This document shows positions 26,413-39,545 of a stretch of DNA of 64,000 nt, in pieces. Below the pieces are notes generated by a model. That model searched no databases. It saw nothing but the letters and a program-made list of their open reading frames with translations, and had not been told where the DNA came from. The position numbers and the translations under genes are program-made. Position 1 is the stretch's first letter. Every line of letters begins with the position of its first letter. Source of the DNA: Camelus dromedarius (lineage: Eukaryota); assembly GCF_036321535.1 (NCBI RefSeq), contig NC_087437.1:89654001-89718000 (forward strand), in the 5' to 3' direction.

Positions 26413-27017
26413 TGAAGCAGGAGGAAAGGGGGCAGGACACAACCATTGAAGGAACGACACAGCCATTGAGGACAGGACAAACTGATCAGAACCAAGATGG
26501 TGGAAGATTAGACTTCCAGTAGACCTGGAGACTCATGGCACACCCATAGGCACCATGACAGTTCCTGGGCTGACCATAAAAGGTCAAAATGTGGGCACAG
26601 GGGTGCATTTCCTGGAAATCCTCGCCCCTTCCCCAAAGTAGGTGGAATAATCCTCCTACTCCTTAGCATATGAAATTGCCCAGCCCATAAAACCTAACAG
26701 TTCTGCACCACGTGGTCACTCTTGCTGTCGCTCTCTCTCTTGCCTTCTGAGACAGCCTGCACTCTATGCTGTGTGCATCTACTTTTACTTTAAACTAAAC
26801 ACCCCACACCTCTCAGCTTCTCTCCCTCTCACCTTTCCAAGATGGCCCAAACTCTGCCTAAGGAGTGTTATCTCCTAAGCCATTTTCCCTTCTGAGAGAG
26901 ACAGACTGCACTTTGTCCACGGGGTGTGTATCTCTCTAAATAAACTTGCTTTCACTTTACCATGCCTTGCTCTTGACTTCTTTCCTGCACGAGGCAAGAA
27001 CCTATTCTCCCCCAACA
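26413..27017 (+). mobile_element. ERV1-type solo LTR, MER41-like (cetartiodactyl type)
   Basis: TG...CA termini, cataaaa TATA-like motif near 26686, aataaa at 26939, aagatgg motif, and a 3' end ttctttcctgcacgaggcaagaacc reminiscent of MER41-group LTRs. Confidence 0.7.
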
Positions 27018-27817
27018 TGTATAAAGAACAATTCAATTCCTCCTATTAAAATTTAAATGGAAATGCAAATCAATTGGAAGCTTCCAAAAAGATCAAATAA
27101 ATGACTTTCATTTCCAAGTAGAGTGTTACTACAGAAGGATCAAATCACTTTCAGTCTTTAAATAATGCTTATTTAATCTATACTTGAATTTTGTATTAAA
27201 TACAGATTTTCTATTAGTTAGCTGTTCATGAACATGGTCAAAAAGTGAAATTTTAGAGTTGAAGTGATATAACAATGAAATCACTTTATAATTAAAAATG
27301 TTGAGCTTCTGACCCTTTTCATTCACATTACTTCCAACCATATCACATTCCCAAATTATGTCTCATGGGGCTACATAAGAAATGTAGATTTGCTTTCCCT
27401 TATGAAAATGATTTCCCATGTAACTTTAAAACTTGGGCATATTTTGAGTATTCAATATGTTCAAAGTTTTTCATGAGAGAACTAGGTTCAGCAAAGTGTA
27501 ACTTCTATCAATCTGATGATGTAAACAGTGACTGATTAAGCCCATGCTCCTTTCAGGTTGAAACATCTTAGTGGGGAAAAAAAAAAGAAAACAAAAATCA
27601 CAGCTGGAAACCTTCCCAGAAACTTCACTAGATGTCAAAGTAAAAGACCAATCTTCAACAGACACTTAATGAAGACATGGTTCAGGGGGTTTTCTGTTCT
27701 GAGATCACTTTGCCCACCAAGAAAAGACAGAAACACTGGATTTCTGCAGTTAAAGTCTACAGTCAAAGCAGGATAGAAGAAACAGTGAAAAACTTTATTG
27801 CTCATTAAATTACTTAC

Positions 27818-27908
27818 AGTGGTTTTCCTTTGGATTCACAAGTCAAAATTAAAGGTTGTCCTTCTTGTGGAAAAGGAGTAGATGGTATAATCTTTACTGA
27901 TGGTGTAT
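27818..27908 (-). CDS. CADM2: CADM2 internal coding exon (91 bp), start of Ig3: (Y)TPSVKIIPSTPFPQEGQPLILTCESKGKP(L)
   Basis: Found by manual minus-strand translation; too short for the ORF track. Acceptor tttttttctag|, donor |gtaagta. Phase 1 to phase 2 links the flanking exons exactly (T|AT=Y, CT|G=L). Confidence 0.97.
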
Positions 27909-29516
27909 CTAGAAAAAAATAAAAAGAAATATTAAGAAAAGTCATTAAACACATATAAAACTACATATTTAATAATTGTACATCCTGGTGTATGTTCAGC
28001 CTAATTGTGTATATTTAGAAGGGATATCTTAGATTGGGTGAAAAACAGGGTATGCAATTTTAAGAACCTACTATCTTGTCCAGGAAAAACTAACAAAAAT
28101 ATCTGAATATTTTACGAGTGCCACTGATGTATTACTTCTGAAATCTGAATTTAAAAGTGAAATTGCAAAAAGTGGTTCAGATGAATATCAACCATTTCAT
28201 ACAATTGTTTCTTCAACTATTTATAGATGGCTATGAATACTATTATTATAGACTGAATGCATTTATGTGCATTTGAATAACAACACTTTCATTGTTGCAA
28301 GAATACCAGGGACTTACAATAAGGAACCAACAAAGAACTCAAGATCAAGTAATGCCTCACAAGCATTATGCAGAATCTTTCCGAAAATGCAGTAATGCAG
28401 CACTTAGCACATGCTGTTTGCCCTGAAGTACAGTTAGCAAATCATCTGAAATAGCTATTTAGTGTATTATGAAAAGTTAATATTTTGTTCCATATGCTAC
28501 AACATAATTGTTATAAAGTTATTTTTATTTAACAATAAAGTCATCCTTGGTGGAAGAGGATGCAAAAACACTTTGACATTTATATTCCTAACTTTTATGC
28601 CATGTAATATTCTTTAATCAACAGGAGATACATATTTCATAGAAAAATGAAAAATAAAAGAAAAGATACGCTCTTTCCTTTATGAGACTTTGCTAGTGCA
28701 TGCTCCATAGTCAATAGGAAAGTATCTCCGCTGATCTTCATATTCTCAACCATAAGCAAACCAGGCTCTGAATGCTCCAGACAGTCACGATTATTCTCAC
28801 TCTCCCCTCTGTCGTGACAGAAGAACTAAACTACCCTGAGGTTATACTCACTTTCTGACTTAGAAACTAATTAAATAAATATCCATCAACTGTGTCATTT
28901 TCAGGTTAGTTATCTTATTTCAGAAAAATATTACTCAGATTTGTCATCTATAGAACAATAAACTCCGATCTTGTGAAGACCTTACATTATACTTACAAAT
29001 TACTTATACTTTCCAAATGTATTCTTTCTCAATCCTTTAAAAAAAAATAATCAACAATAATATTTGGTTTACAAATAGGTATTTCATGTACATCACGGAA
29101 AATAACTAGTCTGAAATATAAAACCCAGGAAAAAAATTAATTTGAAGAAATATGACACATATTCATCATAATTTTTAACCAGTAGAAAAAGATCATTTAA
29201 TAAAAGATTGAAATATACTTCACTAATTTTTCTATTATCATCATCACATTTACAGAATCTATTAGTATGATGATCATAAAATTTTGTCTTCCAAGCAGAA
29301 CATTTTTAAAAGTGAAGAGGGAACAGTAATTTAATATACAGGGTAACAAGAATGAATCAGAATGATCCTGGGAAAATGAGGACTATCATCTTTTAAACTC
29401 TTGACCACATATACAAATAGCAACTTTTAATTTCATCTTGACATACAAAATAAAGCTTCAATTCCAGAGAAAATGGTGGGAGAAGAAAGATCAGAATAGT
29501 GTGATTTTGGGATAAT

Positions 29517-29971
29517 TTGATGTGTAATTTTACATGTCACTTGGCTACACCATGGGGTGCCTAGATCTTTGGCCATTCATTCATTATTCTGGATATTTTA
29601 GTGAGAGTGTGTTGGGACAAGATTAACATTTAAATCAGTAGACTGAGCAGCAGATTTCTCTCCTAAGATAGGTGGGGCTTATCTGATAAACTGAAGCCCA
29701 GAATAGAACAAAAAGGCAGACCTTCCCACAAATTCCTCCTGTCCGATGGCATTTGAGCTGATATGTCAGACTCAAACTGGGTTTTGAGACTACTGGCTTT
29801 CAGGATGGAACTACAGGCCCATCTCTTCTGGTTTCTCTGGCCTTTGGACTCAGACTGGAACTAAGTCAGCTCTTCTGGGTCCCTAGCTTGCTGACTCAAT
29901 TTGCAGATCTTGGAATTTGCACCTTTGTAAAAATCCTGTTGATCCGGTTTCTCTGTAGAACCCTGACAAAT
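29517..29971 (+). mobile_element. MLT2 (ERVL) solo LTR
   Basis: taattttacatgtcacttggct..., gattaacatttaaatcagtagactgag, ...gtttctctgtagaaccctgac match the recalled MLT2 consensus. Confidence 0.85.
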
Positions 29972-29999
29972 GTCGAACCCTTACAAACAATCCCTGAGA

Positions 30000-30620
30000 A
30001 ATTTCTTTTACAGGGGGTGACCTCAGGGAGCACTGGGAAGTGAGATAGGAAGGGAAGGAAGTAAATAAAGAGTGTATTATTGATAAGAGACTCAGAAACA
30101 GACTCACAGACATAGTAAATAAACATGGTCACCAAGGGGGAAGAGGGTGGAAAGGGATAAATTGGAAGTTTGAGATTTGCAGATACTGACTACTATATAT
30201 AAAATAGATAAATAGCACTTTTTTTCTGTTCAATATCATGTAGTCACCTATAATGAAAAAGAATATGAAAACGAATATATGTATGTACATGTATGACTGA
30301 AACATTATGCTGTACACAGAAATTGACAAATCATTGTAAACTGACTATACTTCAATTAAAAAAATTTAAAAAAAAAAGAGTGTATTATTGAGCAGATTAC
30401 ACCAGGGGCAACTGGGAGTCAGTCCTGCTGTGAAACTCTGAAGACAATGTAGGGAACACCTCAGGGTTCTCTTAATTGATGGGTGAGGGAGAGGAGTATT
30501 GAGGGAATATTGACCAATGCTCATCTGTGTTTGGTTGAGGATTGCTGAGGGTGGGGGTGCGGGTGTTACTTCCCTGGGCCCCCGTCTACTCAGTGCACAG
30601 GAATGGTGTGTGCCAAAAGG
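30000..30620. mobile_element. Old MaLR (MLT1I/J-like) LTR, split by a younger L1 3' fragment
   Basis: gggaagtgagataggaagggaaggaagtaaataaagagtgt...gggcaactgggagtcagtcctgctg is contiguous once the L1 insert is removed. Confidence 0.6.
30084..30374 (+). mobile_element. 5'-truncated lineage-specific L1 3'UTR insertion
   Basis: 17-bp TSD aaagagtgtattattga at 30067-30083 and 30375-30391; homologous to 57260-57545; poly(A) tail. Confidence 0.92.
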
Positions 30621-31059
30621 GCCAGTCACCCCAGCATCTGCCTCAGTGAGTTAAAATACACAGGAGCAGGCAGCTGTTAGAAGAGAGGAAGACAGGATAT
30701 AGTCTCATTTCTCTTAGTTCGGCCTGCTTAGTTTAAGTAGTGTATTAGAGAATTTGTATAACAAATGGTCCCGGAAGCATGGTTCAGCATTCCCATTAGA
30801 TCCAAAATAAAGGATTTGAATTATAAGCAAATGCCAAAGCAGGTAACATGTTTAGCATGCATTTCTATGGAACTTTCAGGAAGATCACCAAATAACCTCA
30901 GTTACCAAAATCAAGTCATAGAATACAATACTCTTTTATGGTTTTTGTTTCAAAATTACTCACAATGTTGATTAGTCTCTATTTCTAAGAATTATCTTAC
31001 ACACACATTTTTTAATATTCATCCCCCTTCACTCCCCACCCCCTCCACAGACACACGTA

Positions 31060-32120
31060 TATCTGATTTAACTCCTACATTTCTGGCTACTCTTTCTCAT
31101 ATTCTCTTGGGCTATCTTCTTGTACTTAACCTTTAAATATTGAGATTATCAACAATCTGTTCTCACATAATTCTCTCTAGGGCCTTTCAGCCACTCCCAT
31201 CTCTTCAGTTTCTATCTACTCATTAATGACTTCCACATTTATATATTAGAGCAGTTCTTTACCAGAAGCTACACTTACGTATATGCAGCACCTATCTGAC
31301 ATGCCCACTTGGATGTTGAAAAGACATAGCACATTCATACGTCCAAAATAAACTCAAAGTCTCCAGCCCTTTCCTAACATGTTGTTTTTCCAGCAATTTC
31401 AGTTCTACAGACACCACCAGCCTTCGTCCAGTTACGTACACCAGATACCTCCTGTTCTCTTCTCTTTCCTATAACCAATCAAAATTGCCAAGTCTGGTTG
31501 ACCTACCTTCTAAACAACTGTGAAATCTACTCATTTATCACAACTCCACAACCACTTCTTTTATCTAGTTTACCACAATAGCAAATGGCCTCCCACGTGT
31601 CAACTTTTTACATCTCTACATCTTTCTTCTAGAATGAAACAAAACTGTCTTCTCAAACATAAATCTGATGACACCAATATTCTAGTTAAAACCTTATATG
31701 GTAAATCATTGCTCTTAGGATTAAAAGCAAAATCATCAGCACAGTCTTTAAGTTCTCTGTGATCACCTCACATATTTACTCTCCTGCTTACTAATACTCA
31801 GTTCCTTCACTGAATTCCAGATAATTATACTTTCTTTCAGGTACTTTAATGAATATTTTTCATCTTGCATTTGTACAAATTACCTGAACTGCTCCATTTT
31901 TTTGGGGGGGGGTCCTTCTCTTTTTTAACTTTTAAATCTTAACTCTTATGATGTGCTGAGGACAATCATTCACTACCCTCACATTTGGTCAGATACCTCT
32001 GCCATATGTTCTCTTTTTCATTCTTGTATAATTTTTAAAAAGTCATTGTTGTATCCTCAGTGTCTCACATAGTGCTTTATATAAAATCTGTACTTAATGA
32101 ATAAATTATTAAATAAATAA
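31060..32120 (+). mobile_element. L2 3' region, degenerate
   Basis: cccacttggatgttgaaaagacat..tccaaaataaactc, aaacataaatctgatgac, cttaggattaaaagcaaaatc, and a terminal tgaataaat. Confidence 0.7.
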
Positions 32121-34134
32121 TTGCACTAAATTTTTAATTTATCATTCTATACACTAATTTTAAAATATTCAAAAATGCTTACTTGAAATTTTGTTGGGGC
32201 CTGCATGTGTATGGAAAATTAATCTTAAATATTTATGTCACAAATCTTTGATTAGTCTTTATTTTTAGCACATATTTAGTTTAAGTTAATGGCCATTGAT
32301 GACTCTCTTTCTGGTATAAATTTTCTGCATGAGATAACATTAGAAAACAACCTTCCATGATTATATAAATGGCAGGTTTTTTTTTTTTAATTCATATACT
32401 AGATAAATAAACTACTTTTCTCTCCTTACATGTTTTTGAAAGGGGAAGCATTCAATTGTGAAGAGATTTATTTAAATAATTAGCCAAAATTCTAGTTTAT
32501 AGTTTCATGAAAGGTCAGCATTACTCTTTAAACATGCCATGTTAGCAATATACACAAAATTCCATTTTTTACTGTATCACATACTACAGATATGTGATTA
32601 TGATCCCAAGTGTGACTCTTTCTCAAAGAATTTTTTTTTAATAACAGGAAATACTTTGGGCTTTAACAGGTTTTTAACTTAATGATAAAGATCTCTATCA
32701 TTACTATTCCTATGATATTTTCATTAGTCACATTATTATATCCATAAGGAAGTTAATCAAGCACTGTTAGTGAATTGGCCATAACATTCTAGAAATAACA
32801 CCTTTAAATTAGTGGGGAACTCCTATTCTTACTCAGGTATCTCAGTGAGCCAAAAACAAGGCAAAATAAAAACTGTCATCTCAAAAACTGAATTAATTTA
32901 AAGAATCTTCAATTTTCAGAATTTCTTCAAAAGATTTATTTTAATTGAAAGCCCCATGTAAACATATTTTTCTATATTTCATATATAGATATAATTATAT
33001 ATATATATATAATTCTGATATGTATATCAGAATAAGCAGGGAATTTTTCAGAAGTGATGCAATGGAGAGTAGATGGTAGGATAATAGTTTTCTAAAATAA
33101 CCTTTACATTTATGCATTTATTATGCTATTAATCTTTTCACTAACCCAGATATGAATAGGAATCAGAATGTAAATATTGCATAATATAAACCTTTCAATG
33201 CATGCCTTTGCCAAGTTACCTATTAAGAATTATAGAAATAGTTTTCTGGTTTATCTTTTTTCTTTTGCTCCTGTCTATATTTAAGTTATTTGTAGATTTT
33301 CTTCTTGGTTGTAGTTTTTTATTTCAAAAGGATTGGAAATATTTTTCTGACCAGAGGTTACTTATATAGTAATTCCATGCTTGCTTTGGAAATAATCTCT
33401 CTATTTTCTAGTCTAGGTGCGATATGAGTTGCGTTTCATCCTGCTCCAGTTCTTCACAAAACAGAATGACACTTTTTCTTCAGTACTTTGTGGATGTGCA
33501 TGATATTCTGCTTTAAAATTACTTATATAATATATTGTATTGTACCAATTAATAACAGTAAAAAAAAGGTAGGTTAGTGAAAATGCATTAGCATTACCAC
33601 AATTAATTTCGATTTGCTTTATCCTATAAGTTAAACTCAGATTTTTATTTTTGCAAACTAATAATTTTCATATTTGTTTTAAACTGTTTTCAAATAATTC
33701 AACTCTAACACCCTATTTATTGATCATAAATTTATGTATATAATACAATATTACATGATATGTAACATTTATAATATATAATTTGTTAATATATACACAC
33801 ATGAATGACAGGAAGAAGTAAATGATTAGGTTTAAATGATTTCATGATATAGGATATATACTGTTATTATAAAATGCTGCACTTAATAAAATGTAATTTT
33901 TTTAACATGGCTGTTTCATTAACCACATTTTGAGCATTTAGAATCCAAGATCTTAACCTATTTGATTTTATGTTGTCAAATCCTAGTAAAATGCTTGATA
34001 TAATTGTTCCTTAAATGTTGGATGAATCAATGAATGAGTTGCTTGCTATTTCTCTCAAAATGAAAGCAAATGAAGAAGTTTTGCAGAAGCATATAAAAAA
34101 TAGGAACATGGTCATTCATTCACAAATAATTTTT

Positions 34135-34248
34135 CAAGGATGTATTGTACAACTTGGGGAGTATAGCCAATATTCTGTAACAACTGTAAATGGAAAAGCA
34201 ACCTTTAAAATGCGTAACATTTATTAAAAAATAAAAATTAAATAAATT
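34135..34248 (+). mobile_element. Very short L1 3' terminal insertion
   Basis: gtattgtacaac..gggagtatagccaatatt..taactgtaaatggaa; candidate 11-bp TSD aaataattttt at 34124-34134 and 34249-34259. Confidence 0.7.
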
Positions 34249-35996
34249 AAATAATTTTTAGTACTTACTAATAAAAAAGCAAAAAAAAGTTTCCTCTACG
34301 TTTTTTGTAGGAAAAATATTATTCTCCAGAATCCATCTTTAAAATTAATAAAATATGAAAAGAAAACATACCTTCTTAAGTATTATTTCTTTTACTTATC
34401 TGACAAATTCTAGGACTCATTTACTTAAAAAAATACAATTACTATAAAGAGATAGATACGGGTAAAATGTTGTTTTTTTAAAATAATTGTTCAAATTTTT
34501 AAAGCTTTATGAACTTGGGAAGTAAATACACCTCCTGTTCTATTTAAATGACTAAGGATTTGAATCAAAGTAAAGATACTGATCCAGTGGAATTGACTTT
34601 CTATATCTTTAACAAAGACTTTAGAAAAGAGCAAAGATCTGTGAGGAAACTACTATTAGACTACCTAATAGACAAACTGAAAGCCCAGCTCTTAGAGTAT
34701 TTAGTATCTGTAGTTCAACAACACTTATTTATCACTAAGGGCTTTGCAGGTAGGTGAATAAAAGGAAGTTTTAAATCAAGTATTTTACCAATTAAAAAAC
34801 TCACTTGCTCTGTACTCGAAGAAATGCAACAGATTATATATAAGTAATATCTAGCCTATTATGTATGATGGCCAAATTGCTAAATAAGAGAAACTATCAT
34901 AAACTAACATCCAATATTAGTTTACTGTATCATTTCATGTTGTATAATATATTCAGTAAACAAAGATGGTTTTAACTTAAAGTATCAGTAATTTGCATTG
35001 CCCATGGAATTATATAGATCTTTCAGTAAAAGGGAAGTGTTATCTTGATAGTTTTATGATTTTACTTGTCCAGAAAAGTTATTTCCTATGAGGACTCCCA
35101 AATGATTCATTTAACAAACATTTATATAGTTCCCAAAATATACACGGCACAGTACTATTACCCATTTCTAGCCATTGTTTCACTGTAATTGTAACACTGT
35201 AACATTATAGCATTGTACATTTTAACTTTCATACTGTAACACCTAAAGCTCAAGTATTAGTTTTCATAAATGGTGCTACTGAGGACTTAGCATATTTTTA
35301 GGAAAGTAAGCTCATTACAGAAGAGATTATTTCTATTTTGTTCACTGGTTTATCCTCAGTCTTAGAATAACTCCTAGACTTTATTTAAATATTTGTTGAA
35401 TAAATGAATGAGTAATGTTTTTTGGTAATTTCTTTCCCATAATCAGGACCACTAGTGTGTTATAAAGTCAAATTTATTTGTCACAGTTATCTTCCAGTTA
35501 TCCTAAACATTGATCAAATACTTGGTAAATAATTGTTGGAAATGCCCTACATGCATAGGCTGATTGAAGTCTATATCGCATACGAGGTAGGTTCTGTTGT
35601 TAACTTTCTGTGCAGAATAGGAAACTAAGGCTCAGAGAAATGACTCACTCCCGTTACACAATCATACATCACCCTCGACAGTGTGAATCTCTCCTGATCT
35701 ACCACACCTCAGCAAGTCTGTGTTTTCTGTTCTCTTTTGAGTACAAGAGGGATTGATGCTTATGGTAATACGTGCTCTATTGGTATTCAGAATCAACTCT
35801 TCCTCCATCTGGTTGAATTGGAACAGGGCCCCAGACTTGCTTTGTCTCTACATGATCTGCAAGTTGTAAAACATATCTGACAATGTTACTGAGTTCTATG
35901 CATAACCTCTCTGTCTCTGTTTCTCTAACTTTTTTAAAAACTCTCTCACATCTCTCTCTCATGTCTTTTTTTCTTTGACAGATGAAAATACTCTTT

Positions 35997-36300
35997 GAGT
36001 GAAGGTGATCAACAGGTACAAACTTCCAGTGACAAGATTAGTAAGTTCTGGGGATGTAATGTACAACACAGTGACTATAGTTAACAATAATGTAGTGTAT
36101 ATTTAAAAGTTGTTTGGAGAGTAGATCTTAAAAGTTCTTCTTGCAAGGAAAAAATCTGTAATTATGTGCAGTGATGGATATTAATTGAACATTATGGTAA
36201 TCATTCAGCTATATATACATAGGTTGAATAGTTATGTTGTATACCTTAAACTATTACAATGTTATATATCAATTACATATGAATAAAACTGGGGAAATAT
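35997..36300 (+). mobile_element. L1MA (L1MA9-like) 3' end
   Basis: ggtacaaacttccagt..taagttctggggatgtaatgtacaac..gtgactatagttaacaat..gagagtagatcttaaaagttct..aataaaactgggg. Confidence 0.88.
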
Positions 36301-36606
36301 AAATATGTATATTACCTTATATATTACAATGTATCTTTCTTATTTACATATTCTTCTTCTTCATGAATAACATTGAAATATCCCCACAGCAAATTTCTGT
36401 CAAGGGGAATTTAGCAACTTTTAAGTATTTTGCAGGTGAAGGAGTTGTGATTCTTTGCCTTAATGGCAACTATATTACATGGTTTTCGAACAAAATACTT
36501 TATTTAGCACCCTTATAAAAATCTCTTGGTAATTACATTAATACACAGAAAATTATGCAACAATTCACTTCTGTGAAGCCACTTTAGAGTTTACTCTGGA
36601 ATAGTT

Positions 36607-36812
36607 AATGGTTCTCCATTAACAATAATTTTGTTCCCCCAAGGCCATTTGACAATTTCTGGAGACATTTTTGGCTATTACAGTGCAGGAGAGAAGGAGA
36701 GGGGATACTATCTAATGGGTAGCTTCTACCCATTAGATAAACATCCTACAATGCACAAGACAGTCCCTCCACAACAAAGAATTATGTGGACCCAAAATAT
36801 TAATGGTGTCCT
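36607..36812 (+). mobile_element. MER20 (hAT-Charlie) DNA transposon relic
   Basis: ttttgttccccca..catttgacaatttctggagacatttttgg..taaacatcctacaatgcacaagacag..cacaacaaagaattat. Confidence 0.85.
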
Positions 36813-39357
36813 CCTCTAAGATATTTATATTGACTCACTTCATTATCTATATATCTCTTCCTTGTTACTGGAATTGGGAAGTACTGGAGAACTGTGAAAC
36901 TGAGTGCATTTATATGTGATGCTTGGATATCTGAAATGAAGGAAATGCTGAATACTCTGGCTCAGGCCATTAGGATACTTACCTGAAATAAAAAGCTGCA
37001 AATCAAGCTCGATCTCTACCTCAAGGTCTATCACTTTTTATTGGGAGTAGTGGGTTGATATACACAGAATTAACCAGAACCGTTTCAGCTGCAGCACTAC
37101 CTGCTATTCATTCTCTCTGTGTAAGACTGACTTCTTCTAAGATGTCTAATTTATTTTTCCTATTTGTAATTTTCCAGTAAAACTCAAACTTTTACTTTCC
37201 TTTTAACTCACAACATTCTTTTCATAATGCTCAAAACTATCAGGTACTTTTCTTTCAACTGTCTGACAACTTCTTATAATTCTAGTGAAAACTTACTCTT
37301 GTGGCCATCATTTATTTGCTTGACAAATATGTACAAATAATACATATTTATAATAAGTACAAGACACATTACTACTACTATTCAAGTGCTACATATCCAC
37401 AGTAATTTAGTCCCAATAAGGAAGATAAATCATGCATAGTTCAAAATAATGCAAAGTTCACAACTGAAAGCAACACAGCATTCTGGTGAAACATCATGGG
37501 AGTTCTGGAAGAAGAGATTACACATATTTGTCAGAAACCAAGAAAGTTACCTAAACAAGTCGCACTTAAAACAATTCAAACAATACATAGTATTTAGACT
37601 GGCAGAATTTTCTAGAGGGATAAAAGAAAGGAACTTGAGGCAAAGAGCTGAACAAAAGGTTGATGTAGAGAAGAGTGTGGACTATATGAGGCATCTAGAA
37701 ATACTTCCAAGTGTAGGGTGCATTACCTAAAAATGGGTGCTGAGAGCAGCATTATAGGCGATTATATTTTCAAAGCCTTGAATTTCAGGCCAAAGAATGT
37801 GGACATTTTGCTAGAGGCAGTAAGAAGTCATCTTAAGTTTGTGATCAAGTTAGTGTAAGGATCAGAAAGCAGGCTTTAGGAGATACTTGACAATATGTAA
37901 AACTGATCAGATCAGGAAGCAATTTAAAGTAAATTATGTCTCTATGATAAAGTAAAGTCACAAGGAAGATCTTATGGAAAAGAAAAAGATGGCAGGAAAA
38001 ATACACATAATAAATGCATTGATATTTTTGTTTATATTTGAATTCATAAATTTCTATCATTGGGGGCTCCATAGTACATTACTCTAAGCACATTTTCTCT
38101 GTATCTCATTTTAGCTTAATATAATTGTTTCTCCAATATTTTATTCCTGTTATTAGAATAATGAAAATATTTAGGGAATAAAGAAATATATAATTTAGGA
38201 ATTTGTAACAGTTAAAGTAATAAAATAAATAAAATTTTGGAATCTATTGAATGAAACTCTCCTAAACTAATGGTCTGATTTAACGATACAAACTGCATAG
38301 TTTTGATTCAAGATTGTTGATAGAGTTAGTTGTGCTTGGGAGGGAGATAGAACAAATTCAACTAGTTGATGGTTTCAACACTGTGATGGATTACTTAGGA
38401 AAAGGCATCAGAAAGGCCAGTTGTCAAATTTCAAAACTAGATAAGACATTTTGACACTTTTGAAAGCCTAGTTTTGAAAAAAAAAAGGCTCCATATCATC
38501 ATTTAAAGGACAAAGCAAAAAATATGAACTCACTGTGTTTTTAAACATTTTTAAGCTGTTTACGTTTTTGACGCTTTTTTAAATGAAGTTTATCAAAAGC
38601 AACATTAAATGGATTCCTCATGGGGACACAAAAAGAAACAATAAACAATGGAATAAACACATTTATATCAACTTGTTTTAGCTTTTATAAATCTGTCATG
38701 GGATAGCTTAAGCATTTGATGTTTATTTAACAAACATACAATATTAATACACAATGCACAGGTTAGGTCAAATACAATGACAGCATAAAACTATAAAGCT
38801 TAGTGTGGAAGTTGATACTCCATTTCCTGTTTGTTAGCCATTTAGTCAACTATTAGATTTGTTTTTATTTCATACATGATCTAATCTTTAAAATGTCCCC
38901 TTAGATATAATTTTGGTAAATATGTGAAAGGCCAAAATCATCATCAATTATCATAATCACCATGACAATAACAATAAAAATTGTAATACTAATTCTTAAA
39001 TTTAGTGGCATATTTGGAAATATATTTAAATTGAGAAAAGTCAAGTGAAAAAAATTACTGCATAGTTAGAGCAGATGGTCTCCATGAAGTTTCTCCTTTA
39101 CAATGAGAACATTTTTTTGTAGCTTTTATAATGGAAAAAAAATTGTTTTTATTTTCCTAATGTCAACAAATATGTTTGATTTTGTCAGTGTAAGATATAT
39201 TATGATATGATATGTATCATATTTCCGGTAACAAATCTTGTTACTTTGGCATTCTATGAATTACTTCACTATTAACTCATTCCTAACTCATCAATTATCC
39301 CCAACTATGTTAAAAGGGATGACATAATGACAATGAAAGTATGATGACATTATACAG

Positions 39358-39545
39358 TGTTGCTGACCAATATAGTAACAACATGTGGCTATTTAAATGC
39401 AAATTGATTAAAATTAAATAAAATTTTAACTGCAGTTCCTTAGTCACAAGACCCACATTTCACATGCTGAGCAGCCACGTCTAGCCAGCTATTGGCTACT
39501 ATTTTGGGACAGATATAGAACATTTCCATCATCACAGTAAGTTGC
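39358..39545 (-). mobile_element. MER3 (hAT-Charlie) relic
   Basis: acatgtggctatttaaat..cagttccttagtcac..agatatagaacatttccatcatcacag is the reverse complement of the recalled MER3 consensus. Confidence 0.8.

Noticed and set aside
33012..33033. 10-bp perfect inverted repeat attctgatat-gt-atatcagaat
   Set aside because: Short, AT-rich and adjacent to a (TA)n run; no evidence of function.
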